This document shows, piece after piece, positions 41,031-42,774 of a stretch of 42,774 bases of DNA. Every line of letters starts with the position of its first letter. Position 1 is the first letter of the stretch. The notes under the pieces are model-generated. The model was not told where the DNA came from and made no database searches. It worked only from the letters and a program-made list of their open reading frames with translations. The translations under genes and the position numbers were made by a program. Source of the DNA: Nitrospirota bacterium (GTDB lineage: Bacteria; Nitrospirota; Thermodesulfovibrionia; Thermodesulfovibrionales; SM23-35); assembly GCA_013388605.1 (NCBI GenBank), contig JACAEY010000091.1:1-42774 (forward strand), written 5' to 3'.

Positions 41031-41543
41031 ACTTCAGAATTTTACGCCAAAATCCCTTGACAAAACAAGGTCTTTTAATAATAATTAAGCACATAATGCA
41101 AGTGTGTCTTGTTCAAAATAGGTTTTTCTTGGACAAGCAATGATGATGAATATACAGAGAAAACATTTTGGTAATAGTATTATTTTCTACCACCTGTTCA
41201 GGCCAGCATGTGACCAGAGAATCCGGATTCCTTATTCGTTTTTCCCAGCTTAACTGAGGAATCAATGATGTCTTTTATCTTTGAAAGTTGTTGATATGTT
41301 AGGACCAAAAAAATTCTATTATGCTTAATATTATCGATACTTTATGTATATGTGCCTTTTTCTTTCAGCAATGAATGTGAAGCATGCACTTATCAGTACT
41401 GGCTTGCTTGAAGAATTAAATTAGGCAAGAAAGTTTATGACGAATGAGGAAATGAACTTAGTTTAGATGAGAACTGTAAAAATGATCGAAGATTTACGTT
41501 AAACACAAAAATGCAATTTAATGTTTGAAAGGAAGATTTAAAG

Positions 41544-41726
41544 ATGAATAAGACAGTATGGGCAGTATGCGGCGTTTTTATAATATTAATCATTTCAACT
41601 CCACTTTTTGCAGAAGAGGATAAACCAGGTTGCAAGGACCATCCGATGTTTACAAGAATGCCGAATTTCTATATTGAGAATTGTAAGGAAAAGGACTTTG
41701 ATCAGGCTGATTTTGTGAGTTTTTAG
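41544..41726 (+). pseudogene. Truncated N-terminus of an exported OmpA/DUF4892-like protein
   Basis: Signal peptide then EDKPGCKDHPMFTRMPNFYI; stops after 60 aa. Confidence 0.55.
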
Positions 41727-41824
41727 AAAACAAACAAGGAGGTGAGAAAATGGGACCTTAAAGATGCTTTAAATTTTTAAATAAATTTTATTTTGTAGTA
41801 ACCTTTTAAAAAAGGGGGAGTACA

Positions 41825-42271
41825 ATGGGCAAGATGGGAAAGATTATGATTACCGTTGGTTTAATCTGGCTTCTTGTAGGGTGCATATATGGATACAACT
41901 TAGCACAACTACAGAATTCTTTCTTAAATGAGATGAAGACGCTGACTGAAAAGGGGGACTTAGTAGGATTTTGGAAAACGTTTAGAGCTTGGAAGATAAA
42001 ATGTATTCTTGGCCATGACCACATCTTGTGTTTTTCGTATATATTAATATTAACAGGATTGGTTATGCCTTATATAAGGCTTGGAGAGGCTCTCAAAGCG
42101 GTCCTCGGGGTGCTTCTGATTATAGGTGCAGTAATGAGCCCTCTCTTTGTGTTGCTTTTTAAATATAAGCCAGGAATGTTAGTAGCAAATGTACTAATCA
42201 TGGCTATCATTCTGGTGTATGCCATAGGAGCTCTGATAGGTCTGGTGGTAAAAGAAGAGTCGAAGGGATAG
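41825..42271 (+). CDS. Hypothetical membrane protein (about 4 TM)
   Basis: SD GGGGAG, four hydrophobic segments, GHDH motif. Confidence 0.7.
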   Translation: MGKMGKIMITVGLIWLLVGCIYGYNLAQLQNSFLNEMKTLTEKGDLVGFWKTFRAWKIKCILGHDHILCFSYILILTGLVMPYIRLGEALKAVLGVLLIIGAVMSPLFVLLFKYKPGMLVANVLIMAIILVYAIGALIGLVVKEESKG

Positions 42272-42314
42272 TAAGTCGTTATCCGAGTTTTGAAAACAGG
42301 TTCAAAATTCTAAC

Positions 42315-42343
42315 AAAAAAGGCGGGTCGTTATGACCCGCCTT
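42315..42343 (-). terminator. Rho-independent terminator
   Basis: AAGGCGGGTC-GTTAT-GACCCGCCTT stem; T-run on the minus strand. Confidence 0.75.
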
Positions 42344-42512
42344 AGGCTTTATATAAAATTTAGTGTCGTGGATCATGGATCATGGGGTCACCTATGAAAA
42401 AAGCTGTCAACTATAAAATGCATCCTCCAATAAGACCATTCCTGAAGGGTCTCTTAAAGGACCATTTAATCAGTCACCTTTCCGTGCTCCTTATGGGCAC
42501 ACTAAATTATTG

Positions 42513-42562
42513 TTAAGTAATTAAGGGTCATTAAGTGATTAAGGGTCAGACTTGCCTATTGA
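42513..42562. repeat. 18-bp tandem duplication plus REP-like motif
   Basis: TTAAGT(A/G)ATTAAGGGTCA x2 (42513-42548) running into GGGTCAGACTTGCCTATTGA. Confidence 0.65.
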
Positions 42563-42571
42563 CATTTATTA

Positions 42572-42774
42572 TTATTGATCCTTCAGAAATTTAAAAACCT
42601 TTTCTGCTTCTTTCTTTAATTCATTTCTTTCTTTTAAATATCTTGTAATAATTGAAGGATCTTTTCTGAGATATTTTGCCACTTCTCTTCCCTTATAACC
42701 ATACTCATTCGCTGCAATACTCATCAGCTTTCTTCCAAGAGATATTCTTCTATCCTTGCTCTTTTCTCTCATCT
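42572..42774 (-). mobile_element. C-terminal HTH of a probable REP-associated tyrosine transposase (partial, window edge)
   Basis: GRKLMSIAANEYGYKGREVAKYLRKDPSIITR resembles the DnaA-C-like HTH tail of RAYTs; REP-like motif directly downstream; HUH domain not in window. Confidence 0.55.

Noticed and set aside
42360-42410. Possible gene tail (...FFIGDPMIHDPRH*) upstream of the minus-strand terminator
   Set aside because: In-frame stop 16 codons upstream; cannot be identified

Overview
Low-GC bacterial chromosomal segment of about 42.8 kb. Gene content and style suggest an anaerobe, possibly Nitrospirota/Thermodesulfovibrionia-like (inference only). Left ~4.9 kb: a decayed accessory zone (RHH/PIN toxin-antitoxin pair, SNF2-helicase fragment, integrase scar) ending at tRNA-Ser(CGA). 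Middle: mostly housekeeping and metabolic genes (tgt, CDF transporter, glnA, sixA, K+ channel, murA, glgP, pdxA, gmhA, ruvCAB, queH, queA, phoH-HD-ybeY, fumC). Less ordinary modules: (i) a lexA - small beta-protein - Y-family polymerase SOS cassette with a candidate LexA box; (ii) a tandem-GAF-only protein coupled to an orphan AsrA/AsrB (HydB/HydG)-like pair; (iii) a miniature AcsC-like FeS+corrinoid-domain protein that is not HgcA; (iv) cysC plus an IS remnant bracketed by a 12-bp inverted repeat. Signals missing from the ORF track: a ~200-bp TIR-bounded dispersed element in four copies or fragments, two genes that appear to need non-canonical starts (CTG, ACG), heptamer arrays recruited into coding sequence, and REP-like motifs at both window ends next to a RAYT-like fragment. 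All protein family calls come from motif recognition by eye; no database searches were run.
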